From Naegleria gruberi (lineage: Eukaryota), in NCBI GenBank assembly GCA_000004985.1, contig GG738848.1: 64,000 nucleotides of DNA; one strand, given 5' to 3'. This document shows, in pieces, positions 11,175 to 23,002 of the stretch. A program made the translations under genes and the position numbers. Within the stretch, counting starts at the first letter, position 1. Each line of letters begins with the position of its first letter. The notes under the pieces were generated by a model. It was given only the letters and a program-made list of their open reading frames with translations. It made no database searches and was not told the origin of the DNA.

Positions 11175-12887
11175 TTATTTCTTCTCTTCTTCAATCTTAA
11201 TTTCGTCTGATTTATCTTTGGCATTATCACTGGTTGTACTTTTATCATCATCTTCCTTCTCTTCCTCAAGCTTTTTCTTTTCAAATTCCTTTCTCAAATT
11301 ATCAACTTCAACCAAATACTCTTCAACATGATTAAGACAATCTTCCTTTTCATAGATATATCTCATCAAGTAGGTTTGAACTTCAGCAGTGGTCAACTTG
11401 TGTTCAGGAATCAATTCAGAAATCTTGGCTCCCAATTCTTCATCCTTAAAGAATCTGGCAGCCATTTGTCTGATTTGATCCTTAGTAGAGTTTTCAAACT
11501 TGATTTTGAAATCAATTCTTCCAGGTCTAACAAGAGCAGGATCCAATCTATCAATGTGATTTGTAGTCATAAAGATAATTCTAGGGAATTGAGAGAATGA
11601 AGCAACACCATCGAGAGCATTCAATAATCCTGAAAAACTAACTCCTTGAACATCTGCAGAGGCCTTTCTATTTTCATTGAATGCTGCATCAATATCTTCC
11701 AATAGAACGATACCTCTTTTTGGGAGCTTTGTTAACATCTTTTGCAATTTGGAATCGTCCAAGCTCTTATCATTCAAACTAACTGAAAATAAACAACACT
11801 TCAATTTGGCAGCCATAGCCAAAACTAAACTTGATTTACCAGAACCAGGAGGACCATAACAAAGATACCCTCTCTGATAATTGAGACTATTTTCCCTGTA
11901 GAAGATTTCATTACTCATAAATCTATCCATGTCCTTAATCAAATTTTGCTTAATGTCTTCTTCCAAATAGACAGTATCAAATGAACGATAAGGTCTATCA
12001 CACAACTTTTCCCAATCTCTATAATAATCAGTGGAGAGAGTATAGACTGAAGTGACACCCTTCTCACTTTGGAAATAACATTCAATGGCTTCTTGAAGAA
12101 TATTCTTCAAAATTTCCTTTCCATTCCATGCAGAAACAGTAAGAACAAGTTTTGTAGTATCTTCCTTGTCACCATTCTTATCCTTTTCAAAACTTGGGTC
12201 GATACGTTGAATGGTAATCTTGTGACCTTTGAAATAAAAGCCATGTGAACCAGGACCTGGAACAAGTTGTAAAACTAGATCATTTTCATTGTCTTCCTCA
12301 TTGTGACGATGATTATTTGAGAGATCATTCTTGGCATGAACTGTCAGATGCTTGGCATTTTGAAAATGTTCAACAGTACCCAACCAATGCATCAAACAAA
12401 CATAAATAGTATTGAACTTGTAATTTTCCTTTTCCTTCACTTCAACAGAATAATTGAAAATATCTCTAATGTAATAATAGATTTCTTCAAGTTTGTTCAC
12501 AACATAGGTCCAAACTTTACCAAACACAACCAATGCAATACCGGCAGTGAAAATATTATTACTCGTCATGAAAGAAAACATGAAGGAAATGAAAAATTGA
12601 AACAAGGCAGATTGGACCACAAAACTTGGAAAACAAACCAAAACCAAAGATTCCAATCCCTTGTGAATATATTGATCAGTCATGGTAGAATTCCATATCA
12701 TTGAACCATTATTTCCGGTGCCACCAAAAGGAGAGGAAGCATTAAAAGAAGAACCAAAAAACATTGATCCCGTAAAGAATTGACTCAAGAATGAATTTGA
12801 TTCAAAGAAACCACCACCCTGCGTTAAAGTAGTCAAGGGATTATGCTCAGAGGAGAGCAATGTACTGAGAGGAGAATCAGTGGCCAT
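11175..12887 (-). CDS. BCS1: Mitochondrial chaperone BCS1 (AAA+ ATPase)
   Basis: 570 aa. BCS1 N-terminal domain plus AAA module: Walker A GPPGSGKSS, Walker B VLLEDIDAAF, DPALVRPGRID. ATG preceded by an A-run. Confidence 0.85.
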   Translation of the reverse strand: MATDSPLSTLLSSEHNPLTTLTQGGGFFESNSFLSQFFTGSMFFGSSFNASSPFGGTGNNGSMIWNSTMTDQYIHKGLESLVLVCFPSFVVQSALFQFFISFMFSFMTSNNIFTAGIALVVFGKVWTYVVNKLEEIYYYIRDIFNYSVEVKEKENYKFNTIYVCLMHWLGTVEHFQNAKHLTVHAKNDLSNNHRHNEEDNENDLVLQLVPGPGSHGFYFKGHKITIQRIDPSFEKDKNGDKEDTTKLVLTVSAWNGKEILKNILQEAIECYFQSEKGVTSVYTLSTDYYRDWEKLCDRPYRSFDTVYLEEDIKQNLIKDMDRFMSNEIFYRENSLNYQRGYLCYGPPGSGKSSLVLAMAAKLKCCLFSVSLNDKSLDDSKLQKMLTKLPKRGIVLLEDIDAAFNENRKASADVQGVSFSGLLNALDGVASFSQFPRIIFMTTNHIDRLDPALVRPGRIDFKIKFENSTKDQIRQMAARFFKDEELGAKISELIPEHKLTTAEVQTYLMRYIYEKEDCLNHVEEYLVEVDNLRKEFEKKKLEEEKEDDDKSTTSDNAKDKSDEIKIEEEKK

Positions 12888-13170
12888 TTTTTTTTGAAGA
12901 ATGTTGGTGAATTTTCTAATTTCGAGCTTTTTGAATCTTTTTACAGCGGCAGATTTGTGAAGTTGAGTTATTTTTAAACTTTATGAAGATGTTTCATTGA
13001 AGTGGAAGGTTCGCTTACTACAGTATTGAAATCCTTAGAGCGGATCAAATGAATTTTTTGTGGGTTACTTTGTTTTTGGGGTTACTTTGTTTTTTTGATG
13101 ACAATTAATTGATGATTAATTGTAAAAGTTGAATTCCTTCATTTTCGAGATTGAAAAAACATGAAAAAAA

Positions 13171-14082
13171 ATGTCTTTTTGCTACCTTGATGTGTTACCT
13201 CCAGAAATCATTACACTAATTCTCCAGCACTTGTCCTTCTCGGAATTGGCTGCACTTTTGAAACGTGAACCGCAATTTTACCAATTAATTTCTGCTAGTG
13301 ATTTGATGTATGCATTTACATGTACATTCACTCATATTTATTCGAATCAAAAAGAAATGGAAAATGCGCCAAGTTGGATTGCATCAAGAGTGTGGAAAAA
13401 AAGAATACCCCTACCAAAAGAACATATTCACCAATTGACCAAATTTCAAAAATTATTAGCAACAACTAGAAATGATTCCTCCAAATACGAAAAGCATTTG
13501 AAACAATTTCACTATCATCGAATTAAATTATTAATGAGTGCTTGGAAGTACAATCTGAAAACAGATATCAGGTTTTTTAGGCAGAGTGGAATTGAAAATT
13601 ATTTACAATATTTTGAAAATCATCTCACTTGGTTTATGGATTACGATATTCAAGCAAATACACGAGAGCTGAGTTATCTGTTGGTTGAATTACCGATTGA
13701 GCTTTGTGGGTCGATTTTTTGGACATTGAAACATCCTAATTATTATACTATTTTGGAACCTTCAAATTTGGAAAGATTTTGTAAAGTATTGCCCAAGTAT
13801 TTTTACATATTACTCAAATTGGGTCATCCAAGATTTTGTCATAGATTTCCCTCATGGAAACATTCATCACGGCTATCCATATTGATCGAACAAAATTCTG
13901 ATGTGATAGTGAGAGTTCCAAATGGAGTTTGTTTACTTTACTTTATTTCCATGTTTGAGAGAGTTAACCCAAGACAAATTCTATCAAAATTGAGTAGTTC
14001 ACCATCGGTTATTAAGAACGGTGCTCTTTTACAGGAAATGTTGGAAGAATTTGAATTTCCCCTCAAGTACTGGTGGGATTAG
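13171..14082 (+). CDS. F-box-like protein
   Basis: ATG at 13171. N-terminal LPPEIITLILQHLSFSELAALLK matches the F-box consensus. Confidence 0.5.
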   Translation: MSFCYLDVLPPEIITLILQHLSFSELAALLKREPQFYQLISASDLMYAFTCTFTHIYSNQKEMENAPSWIASRVWKKRIPLPKEHIHQLTKFQKLLATTRNDSSKYEKHLKQFHYHRIKLLMSAWKYNLKTDIRFFRQSGIENYLQYFENHLTWFMDYDIQANTRELSYLLVELPIELCGSIFWTLKHPNYYTILEPSNLERFCKVLPKYFYILLKLGHPRFCHRFPSWKHSSRLSILIEQNSDVIVRVPNGVCLLYFISMFERVNPRQILSKLSSSPSVIKNGALLQEMLEEFEFPLKYWWD

Positions 14083-14235
14083 TCTATTCATTAATAGAAC
14101 TATTCCATCAGAAAATGTCATATTAAGGAGTTCTCTTCGATAGTGCTTTATTTAGGTGGAAAGCTATCCGTGGCAACCCTAATAAAGATTCAAGCATGGA
14201 ACCATATGGTGTTTGCATTATTTACAAATTTATTA

Positions 14236-14748
14236 TTAACAACATTGTCCATCAGTTTCTTCTGGAAGTGCCTGTTGCTGAGCTGCACATGGAAGATTCT
14301 CAAAGAAATTAAGAACCGTAGTATTTGGTAGATTGAAGTCTGTTTCCTTATTGGTATAGTAATCCGATTCTCTTACAACGGAGAGTAACTCAGTAATGTA
14401 CTTGATTTTTGAAATTGATTCTTGTTCATCAACCTCTTCGTGTCCTTCATGGTTATCAGTGAAATAAACTACATAATCTCTTGTACAACTGCGTGGAGCA
14501 TCTATCCAATCTTGTTCTTCTTCATTGTAAGGTTGGACATGGAACTGTGGTTGTGTGGCAAAGTACTCTTCCAAATAAGTACTTGGTGAGTAGTAGTTAA
14601 GACTACTGCTGTATTCTTCCTTATTATTGGTATAGTTCAATTGCTCCAACTCATCTACATACAGAACGAGTTTGGTTCTTTTGGCAGATTCGTTGCATTC
14701 ATCTTCGAATGGTACTTGTCTGCTTCTCTTGTGCAAGTTATTCATCAT
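14236..14748 (-). CDS. Hypothetical acidic protein
   Basis: ORF 14236..14766. The track start is GTG and the first ATG is at 14748. Confidence 0.35.
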   Translation of the reverse strand: MMNNLHKRSRQVPFEDECNESAKRTKLVLYVDELEQLNYTNNKEEYSSSLNYYSPSTYLEEYFATQPQFHVQPYNEEEQDWIDAPRSCTRDYVVYFTDNHEGHEEVDEQESISKIKYITELLSVVRESDYYTNKETDFNLPNTTVLNFFENLPCAAQQQALPEETDGQCC

Positions 14749-15155
14749 TTTCTTCTTTGTAATCACTTTGATTCTTCTTTTGAAATCACTTTTAGGCTTT
14801 TTTTTTGAGTAAGTTAATTGAGGGATGTCTGCTGAGCTCTGAGGATACCTTGTAAGAAATCTGACCTAATACCACCATTTGCCTTGCCCTGGATCGAATA
14901 GCCTCAGGCATCAGAAACCTCCTTACAATAGAGGTCTGTTTGAATATTTGGTTCTAAGGGTTTACAATGTGCTTTACCTTAATCGACAAGAATCGAACAC
15001 GCCACTGGTACCTCTTCCCCCATACCTTGACCTCCGCCGTGTAAGTGTTGAAAGCTGGTAAGATATTGCTCTTAATATGAGATTTAAACTAAGCACTTCT
15101 TCCAGTAGCATTCATTTGGCAGATGTTTGTAAAAGAAAATTATAATCAATAAAAA

Positions 15156-16049
15156 ATGTCATCATTGCAACTTCCGAGAGAAATATTTCATGAAATCTTA
15201 TTGTTTCTTCCTCCGATCAGTATGAAAGAGCTAATAATGGTTTCTAATAGAGATTTTCATAATTTGATAAATGATGTAACATTTCACAAATTATATTTAA
15301 TTAATTTATTCAAAATTCCTAACAACAAGCTTTCTTTATCAAATATATTAGAAAATTTAGATATTCCATTTGATTTAAACTATTCTAAAGTATTTAAATT
15401 ATTGTTAGAATGCACTTTCCAATACAAGGATCATATCTTTGATTCTTCCGAATTAATTTTTACAAATTTCAACAAAATCCCAAAAGAAAATATTGAATTT
15501 ACAAAAAGAGTTCAACTTCCATACATGAAAGAAAATCTAATTCTTTGTTATGGAATGAGAATTCCCTTCAAATGTTGTGGAATTAATAATTCGAAACTAA
15601 TCTTTATCAAATCATTGAAAGAATCCAAATTTGAGAAATTTGGATTAGAAACTTTCATATGCGAAATGGAGATGATTCTCTTTTTGGAAAATGGATTCCC
15701 ACTCGAATTATCAATCTATTGCCAAGATCATCGATATCATGGCAGGTGGATTGTTAAAATTTATGGCCAGGATTTTATTGACCTGAAACGGTCTGAAGGT
15801 TTTTGGGATTTTGAAATAGTTCAGGAAGAAATGATGAAGCTCATGGAGAGCATTTTGTTTAGAGATTTGAAATTCGAATTGCAAGAGTGCGAGAAAGAGT
15901 TGGTTGTTGGATGGAAACGGACAAATATGCAAAAATTGAAATTGACGATAATGGTTAATTGGTTTTATATTGCTACCTTTTCATTCTTGGACATGGATGA
16001 ACCATCAGACAAATTTTACATTATCCATGCACAGCCTGGCCAGGAATAG
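15156..16049 (+). CDS. F-box-like protein
   Basis: ATG at 15156 after an A-run. N-terminal LPREIFHEILLFLPPISMKELIMVS resembles an F-box. Confidence 0.5.
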   Translation: MSSLQLPREIFHEILLFLPPISMKELIMVSNRDFHNLINDVTFHKLYLINLFKIPNNKLSLSNILENLDIPFDLNYSKVFKLLLECTFQYKDHIFDSSELIFTNFNKIPKENIEFTKRVQLPYMKENLILCYGMRIPFKCCGINNSKLIFIKSLKESKFEKFGLETFICEMEMILFLENGFPLELSIYCQDHRYHGRWIVKIYGQDFIDLKRSEGFWDFEIVQEEMMKLMESILFRDLKFELQECEKELVVGWKRTNMQKLKLTIMVNWFYIATFSFLDMDEPSDKFYIIHAQPGQE

Positions 16050-16134
16050 GAAATCAGTGAGATAAACCTCATTAGGTTCACAGATTAAGAAAAGTATTTA
16101 AGGCCCAATATTAAGGAGTGATTATCAATGTGCA

Positions 16135-16207
16135 GCTGGCGTAGCTCAGTCGGTAGAGCGTTGGTCTAATAAGCCATTGGTCGCCGGTTCGATCCCGTCC
16201 GTCAGCA
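16135..16207 (+). tRNA. tRNA-Ile: tRNA-Ile (anticodon AAU)
   Basis: Cloverleaf folded by hand. Acceptor GCTGGCG pairs with CGTCAGC. D-arm GCTCAGTCGGTAGAGC. Anticodon loop CTAATAA. T-loop TTCGATC. Discriminator A. One mismatch in the T stem. Confidence 0.75.
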
Positions 16208-16736
16208 ACTGTTTTATAACAGACAACCGTTTCAATTTCTTTTTGTTTTCAAAGATAAGGTGATTTGGAGCGAAAGAAATATTGGATTTGAAAGTTGGGA
16301 CTCTTTTCTAATAAACCTTTCATCTTTCAACTCGAATGATCTTGGTACAAATATCAAACACCCCATATTGAACTAAGTTCAAAAAGAGCTCTATTCCTTG
16401 AATATTGTTTCAACTCATACACCATCAACAAATCTCTTCATTTTCATCTCTGGTATCTTTCCAAGTCAGGTGTCAAATTACTAATAATTGAAATCAATCA
16501 GCTTCACAACTTTTCAAACTTGTTAATTGTCTTTTTTCAGGTTTTTTAAAAACCAAATAGAGACGTTGAACAGTTTTATTGGTGGTGAAAAGTTGATGAA
16601 TCACAACACAAATGTCTTGTTTTTAATATTTTCCTTTTTTGTAACTGACACATTTTGAGAAGGAGTCTTGATGGCTAACCAATCGTTTCGTTGATGTTGT
16701 GGTTAATTGAACAAGATAAACAACATAAAAAAAAGG

Positions 16737-18410
16737 ATGAACCATCCTGACAGCTGTCAAAAGTTCTCGTTTGAGTGGGTAATGGAAAATAATGAATGTT
16801 TGCAAGTGTTTTTGCAATATTTACAAGCCCATCAAAATGCTGAACAATTAGAATGTTTAATCGAAATGAAAGAACTTAAACAGGATATGGATTTGATATT
16901 AAATAGTGTTTCGAATAACAATTCGGAAGAGTTGTGTGTTTCGAATAGTAATACAGTAAGACAAGAATTGCAACGAATGTTGGGCGACTTTCCCTTGACT
17001 GATAAGAAAAAGAAGAGAAGAAGTTTATTCTCTGACTCATCGTCGAATATCAACACAACAGAAAACAGTGTGAAAACAATTTTTAGAAAATTGCTGGAAT
17101 TTTCCACAAGTTTCTTACATGTAAATTCGAAACGAGAACTAAACTTGCCACAAACCTTGAGAAACAAACTGTCGTTACAAATCCAAACTTTTTGGAACCT
17201 ATATTCTAAAAAGTTTGGATTTGATGAACATTTACCTTGTGTAAACAATAATTCGAATAGAAATTCAAGTAATAGTTTCCAACCACCTGTTTCTGCTACT
17301 TCTAATCCTCCTTCTAACTCTTCTAATACCATCTCTAGCCCATCCAATAACAACAATAGACGTTCTGTCAATAGCAATACATTCAATGCTTCAAATGTCA
17401 TTGATATTGAAGTGACAGATTTTTATGATTTCATTACAGACAAGTCACTTTTAAATTCACCAAAACAATTTACTGAACCCCCAGGTGGTTTATCTCCTGT
17501 TAGTTCTCTTTCTGATACTTCATTTTCATTTGATGGAAACTCAATACTCGAAGATTTTCTCATGTGCATTTCAAGAGTTGAAGAAGTTTTGAAGGAATTG
17601 GACACTTTCATTCGATTACAAGTTAAAACAGAGAGTTTTAGAGATTTCTGTAAATCTGAGCAGTTATATACATTCATTCAAAAGTTGAATCCTTCGACAG
17701 AGTTTATGAGAGAATTGAAAAGAAATTACAGACAATCGATGAGGGTTAGGTCAATTGCTAATCTGAAAGATATTGGAGATTCGAATGAGCAAAATTTGTC
17801 AATCATGTTGCTGAATGATAAGCTTCTCAAATGGAGTATGAATGATGTGTTAAATTGGATAGGAGAACATGGATTGGAGGAAATGGAATATTTCATTACA
17901 CAGAACAAAATTGATGGTTCAAAACTTTCACATCTGGAACAATATATCAATGATAGCGTGTATCCCTCTTTTGAAGTTAGGAAAAAATTCGAATATGAAG
18001 TTGATGAGCTGTTGACCTCGTTTGGATTTGAACCTCTTCCAAATACTGATTTTCCAGATATTAATTCAAGAAAGGGTAAATCACCACCAATCTCTAAGAA
18101 TGTAGTTGATATTTCTAATGAGACATTTGTTTTAAATTGTCAAATTTCTCAATCGAGTGAAATCAAAAAGATTAAACTGAAATCCAAACAGCTAGTCAAT
18201 TACTATTCACTTAAGAAAATACTCAAAGATACATTTGGAATTACCAGTGATTTGGAAATTGTACTAGTCAACCAATCCAAAACTTGTCCAATTTCTCCAT
18301 CCAATATTCTAACATCATTCAAGAAAGATATCATGAATCAAATCAAACATCCAAATCATAATTCACACATTACTGAAATTTTCGAAAAAAAGCTGATAAT
18401 AAACATTTAA
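16737..18410 (+). CDS. RGS-domain and SAM-domain signalling protein
   Basis: The track start 16707 is TTG and the first ATG is at 16737. N-terminal RGS-like helix pattern (FSFEWVMENNECLQVFLQYL...IEMKELK). SAM-like WSMNDVLNWIGEHGLEEMEYF. N/S-rich linker. Confidence 0.55.
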   Translation: MNHPDSCQKFSFEWVMENNECLQVFLQYLQAHQNAEQLECLIEMKELKQDMDLILNSVSNNNSEELCVSNSNTVRQELQRMLGDFPLTDKKKKRRSLFSDSSSNINTTENSVKTIFRKLLEFSTSFLHVNSKRELNLPQTLRNKLSLQIQTFWNLYSKKFGFDEHLPCVNNNSNRNSSNSFQPPVSATSNPPSNSSNTISSPSNNNNRRSVNSNTFNASNVIDIEVTDFYDFITDKSLLNSPKQFTEPPGGLSPVSSLSDTSFSFDGNSILEDFLMCISRVEEVLKELDTFIRLQVKTESFRDFCKSEQLYTFIQKLNPSTEFMRELKRNYRQSMRVRSIANLKDIGDSNEQNLSIMLLNDKLLKWSMNDVLNWIGEHGLEEMEYFITQNKIDGSKLSHLEQYINDSVYPSFEVRKKFEYEVDELLTSFGFEPLPNTDFPDINSRKGKSPPISKNVVDISNETFVLNCQISQSSEIKKIKLKSKQLVNYYSLKKILKDTFGITSDLEIVLVNQSKTCPISPSNILTSFKKDIMNQIKHPNHNSHITEIFEKKLIINI

Positions 18411-18554
18411 CTATCATCTTCATCATTTAAATTATTAAACTGTTATGTATCACTCCCACATTCGAATAAAAATTATTTTCTATTAATTTCTACTATTTTC
18501 AATTGAATCGGAACAACAATTATGCAAACTAATATACATTTTAAACTTACTAAT

Positions 18555-19043
18555 TTATTCCTTTAACAATTTTTGAATATCATCTTCCAAATCCTTTGGA
18601 TTAGTTGTTGGAGAATATCTCTTCAAAACTTTACCACTCTTTGAAACGAGGAATTTAGTAAAATTCCATTTAACAGCATCAACAAGGAAACCAGAACCTT
18701 CCTTCTTCAAATAAGCATAGAGTGGAATGGTACCTGATCCATTAACTTCAACCTTATCGAAAATCTTGAAAGTTGTCTTGAATTTAGATCTGGCAAATGT
18801 ACAAATTTCTTCATTGGTTCCTGGTTCTTGACTTCCGAATTGATTGCAAGGGAAAGCCAAAACTTCAAATCCTTGCTCCTTATACTTGTTGTACACTTCT
18901 TGTAAATCATCATATTGTTTAGTAAATCCACACTTGGAAGCAACATTAACAATTAGTAAAACCTTTCCTTTATATTCGGAGAGGGAAACTTCATTCAAAT
19001 CAGCATCTTTAACAGAGAATGAATAAATATCAGTGGTAGTCAT
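18555..19043 (-). CDS. Glutathione peroxidase (Cys-type, non-seleno)
   Basis: 162 aa with ATG confirmed. Active-site VASKCGFT with no in-frame [15 protein letters not shown] and WNFTKFLV signatures. Confidence 0.85.
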   Translation of the reverse strand: MTTTDIYSFSVKDADLNEVSLSEYKGKVLLIVNVASKCGFTKQYDDLQEVYNKYKEQGFEVLAFPCNQFGSQEPGTNEEICTFARSKFKTTFKIFDKVEVNGSGTIPLYAYLKKEGSGFLVDAVKWNFTKFLVSKSGKVLKRYSPTTNPKDLEDDIQKLLKE

Positions 19044-19417
19044 TTCTTTATATTATATTGTTTTATTAAAATAAACAATGTATTGGTTGTGTTGGTTAGT
19101 TTTTTTTGTTGATTGAAAACAACTTGTGTGCTCGGACAGTTTTTATTTGATGAAAGAATCGCATTGTTAGGGCAAGCTTGAACACCGAAGAACGTCCATA
19201 GTCCTTCCACCCCAGAGATTTTCAAAGCACGAACGATGGCTTTGGAATGTTTCCAGTGGGTCCTCACACTCTATTGTCCATCAATGTTATTAATATCGAA
19301 GTGGAATATTAGAGGAGGAAATTTGGTAACGGAAGAAACAGATTTGTTTAATAAATAAATTAGTTTAATGGAAATGTTGTTGTTTTGATGTGTGTTTAGT
19401 TAAGAATGCTTAAATGC

Positions 19418-22400
19418 TTAACAAACAGTCATGTTTAGACAACTCTTAGATGGTGTTGTTAGAATGTTTTCGTCTTGTTGTTGTTGTTGTTGTTGCTCAA
19501 CAGCAGTCTTTCTCTTCTTTGACAATTGAGAAAGTGAACTAGTTCTTTGCATGGCTAATTTGGTTTCAGCCATTCTCTTTTGTTCAATGTCCTTCTTGGC
19601 CTTCTTGTATTGGGTGGTAAAATCCTTAATGTATGCAAAGAATTCATCTTCTTCCTCCTTAGATGATTTTGAACATGCAAAGTGGAAATATTCACAACAT
19701 TCCTTATAGGAATTCTTGAGAGATTCATAGGCTTCAACTACACTTGGAAGTGTTGGTGCACATCTAGAGTAGAAGGTATTCAATCTGGTTTCGTATAATT
19801 CTCTTTCATTCTTAGCTCCAACTTGGTGAAGATATTCAATACGATCTTGAATTTGTTTAAATTCCTTGAACAAGATATCAATACTATCAACGGTAATAGA
19901 AACACCGAATGTACAAACACCTGCACTTTCCAATTCCTTTTCAAAGCACAAAGTGTCAATACTATCCTTTTCCAATACTCCAACAAGGTAATGCATAAGA
20001 GTCATTTCCTTATTGGTTGATTTGGTATCACCAAGTTTTGGCAAGATTGAAATGTGGAAACCATTGGCTGCTTCAAGTTGCTTCTTACCTCTGTTCATAT
20101 AGTTACCAACAGTCAAGACATATTTGAGAACTTTGGCAAATGATTCAGAGGTACGAACAATACGAATAGCTTCTTGCTTTCTCTTAATCTTGAGAGTGAG
20201 ATTATCAAGAGTGCTTTCAAAGGTGTGCATGTAACCAATAACATTGACCTTTGCTTCAATGTTCTTAACGGAGAGGAGTGAAAGTAAGAATTCTTCAGTT
20301 CTCAACAACTTTTCCTTTGCCTCGAGCTCCTTCTTCTTACTTGCCAATTCATTAGCAATATTAACCAAACGCTTCAAATTGTCAACATGTTGAATAGAGA
20401 GGACACTGGTATCCAAAATGTTGATAAATTCAGTAATTTGATCATTGCTAAATGTCTTGAAGAGACTATTAAGAATAATCTCAACATTTCTATTGGTTCC
20501 CATATCGAGAATACCTTGATTGGTTGGAGTGGCAGGAACTGAAGACTTTGGTTTCATTGGAGTCTTGGCAGTAGCATCTTCTCTTGAGAACATCTTTTGG
20601 AATTCTCCCAAGTCAAGAATATTTTCATCAATGCTTGAATTATTCCAAACACTATTATTACTCACAACCTTAATTGGTTGCCAGTGAAGCTTTTTGATAT
20701 TGTTATCTTCAACCTTCTTGATAATGAGTGGTTTCTTGAGAGTTGGAATACCTCCCATCATCATTGGTGGAGGTGGTGGAACATTAAGATTGACTGGTTG
20801 CAATGGTGGTGGTGGAGGAACAACACTCAAAGTTGGAGGTGGAGGAACGCTTCCCATCATTGGTGGAGGTGGAATGGTAGAAGGCTTATATGGCTTAATT
20901 GGAGAGAGGCAAGAGGTAAGGACTGGATCATTCATATCAAGAAGAACACATTCGTTTTCCTTGTTTGGATTGTGTTTAGCAGAAGGAGGAGTAAAGTGAA
21001 GCAAGTTTTGTTCTCTCATTGGAGTGAGATTATTCTTCTTCGAACTGCTTCTACGAGCTGAACGTGGAGAGGACATGAGTCTCAACTTGGAACTACTGTC
21101 AGGAGTTAACAATCCTTGATATCTCTTATTGAGTTTAGCAGGTGTTCTACCAACATGCAATTCACTAAAGATGTTTGTTAATTGATCAATTTGTTCCATT
21201 TCAGAGAATATTCTCTTGTTTGGTGATTTTGATTCAATCTTCTTTAACATGGTATCCTTATTTTGAGTGAATACTTCCATTTCTGAAATCAAGTTCTTCA
21301 TATTTCTTCTGTGGGATTGATTTGTAATGTGAGCCAACCTAATGGCCACCTTATTACCCTTCAAGTAATATGGACAACTCTTAACAGTGGAATCCAATTC
21401 TGTTCTATATGTGTTAACCTTAAGTTCTGCAGAACTGTCAATTTCCTTCTTTACAAATGAAAATTTGAGTTGAATCTTGATATTGTCAACAATTTCATTA
21501 TTGGTGTGAGCCCAATCCAATCTATTCTTTTCAATACATAAAATATTGCCATTGTCTTGAGTTTGTAAAAAGACAGTATTGTATGTATATCTGAAAAGTT
21601 GTTGAATAGTACCCAATTCATCCATTTGATAACCAAAGAGAATAAAATCACCAATGAGTTTACATGCTTGCTTTGGAATTGGGAAATGATTATTACCAAC
21701 AGGTTCAACCTTCCTATCACCAACTCCAGCAAGTGAAGTGATTGATTCAGGTTGGGTACCATAAGTTGAATAGACAATTTGATTATTCTGTTTGACAACA
21801 AAGTAAATACCAGATGCTGTATCATTAAAATTCAAAAGATCTTCCTGTTGTGGACGTTGCTTTCTATTAGCATCCTTCTTGAAAACATCCAAAGTTGAAA
21901 GAACAATAGAATCGAGGGACATTAATTGAATTTCAGGAAGTGGCACTCTTGTCAAATAGTTAAAGTATTTGCAATAACGAACAACACTAGGTTCAAAAGT
22001 AGCAATCAAATCAATTTGTTGCTTGGTATAAAGTGATCCCAACACCTTTCCAATTGGTTTCTCTGTAATATACTTTTTCAATTCATAGTAAGCTTCAAGA
22101 GTGGTTCGATAATTTCTCTTGGATCTAAATTCGTTATCTTCAATATAGGAGAGGAAGGAAGCAATTAACAACAAGGCAAAACAAGTGTATTGTGCATTGG
22201 CAACAATTACAATAACACCCTGATTAGTAGTCTTGTTGGTAATGAAATTATACATGGTCTTACACATTTCAAAGAGGTGAGTAATTCTCTCAAAGTGAGA
22301 GATGGAGGCTAGTGTTGTAATTTCAGTGATGGAAGTGTTCAAATCGGATGATGATGAAGTATTCAAACTTGTATTGATTCCACTCTGATTGGAAACAAAT

Positions 22401-22728
22401 TGTCTGGTAAAGTTTATCACCATCACATCACCATACTTGTCTTTCAGCAATTGTTCCATATTATCTGAATTTTCATCGTCTTCCTTGTGGATGACTATTA
22501 AAACATCATCATCATGATAAAGATTAATTATTGTTGGTGTTATTAAAATTGTTGATGATGAATGTTAGGAATATTAGCATTAGAATTAAACATACACTTG
22601 AGGAAAGAACAAATGGAACACTCGTATAGATTAAACTTGTATTTGGTGGTAAAGCCTTCCACCATGTTCATAATCGAGCTTCCGCTGATTTTAACATTAG
22701 GCTTGAGCCACGTTTTAAAATTCATCAT
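19418..22728 (-). CDS. Formin (GBD/FH3-FH1-FH2), complement(join(19418..22494,22596..22728))
   Basis: The 1013 aa ORF has a poly-Pro FH1 region (PPPPMMGSVPPPP...), an FH2 domain and a C-terminal poly-Q. The upstream ORF 22543..22728 ends at a GTATGT donor (22590-22595). A tag acceptor at 22495 rejoins in the correct phase to give an extra N-terminal exon of about 45 aa. That exon is moderately confident. Confidence 0.7.
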
Positions 22729-23002
22729 TTTTTTTAAATGATTTTGAAACGTTAGATTGTGGCGCCATTTGTATTGAACGTAACGGTTGTTATTAAACTA
22801 AATAACGATATTTCGGACTAAATATCAACTTCTAACTCTTAAAAATCTTGGAAACGTTGCGTCTACAGTAACTATTAATTCAAGGTAGTCTTGACATATC
22901 AAATCGTCAATCAACTTCTCAATTGATTTGAAAACTATCATAAACTAGTGCAGGCAAAAAAGTAACTGTTTGGGCTGCAAAAAAAATGTAGGATGCAAAA
23001 GA

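Noticed and set aside
12900-13170. Direct repeat GGGTTACTTTGTTTTT x2 near 13065-13100
   Set aside because: Short and isolated, in an intergenic or promoter region. No evidence of function.
16707-16736. ORF-track start codons at 16707, 23211, 25508, 9777, 9633, 14766, 30736, 38592, 49299, 60272, 63357 and 26800-27747
   Set aside because: Checking the nucleotides shows these 'M' residues are TTG or GTG, which are bacterial-style alternative starts. I moved the starts to the first in-frame ATG or, where appropriate, treated the ORF as an internal exon.
20678-21061. W/R/G-rich ORFs on the plus strand (20678-21061 and 20694-20999)
   Set aside because: They are antisense to the formin FH1 poly-proline region (CCA/CCT runs read as GG/TGG on the other strand) and are artefacts of low-complexity coding sequence.
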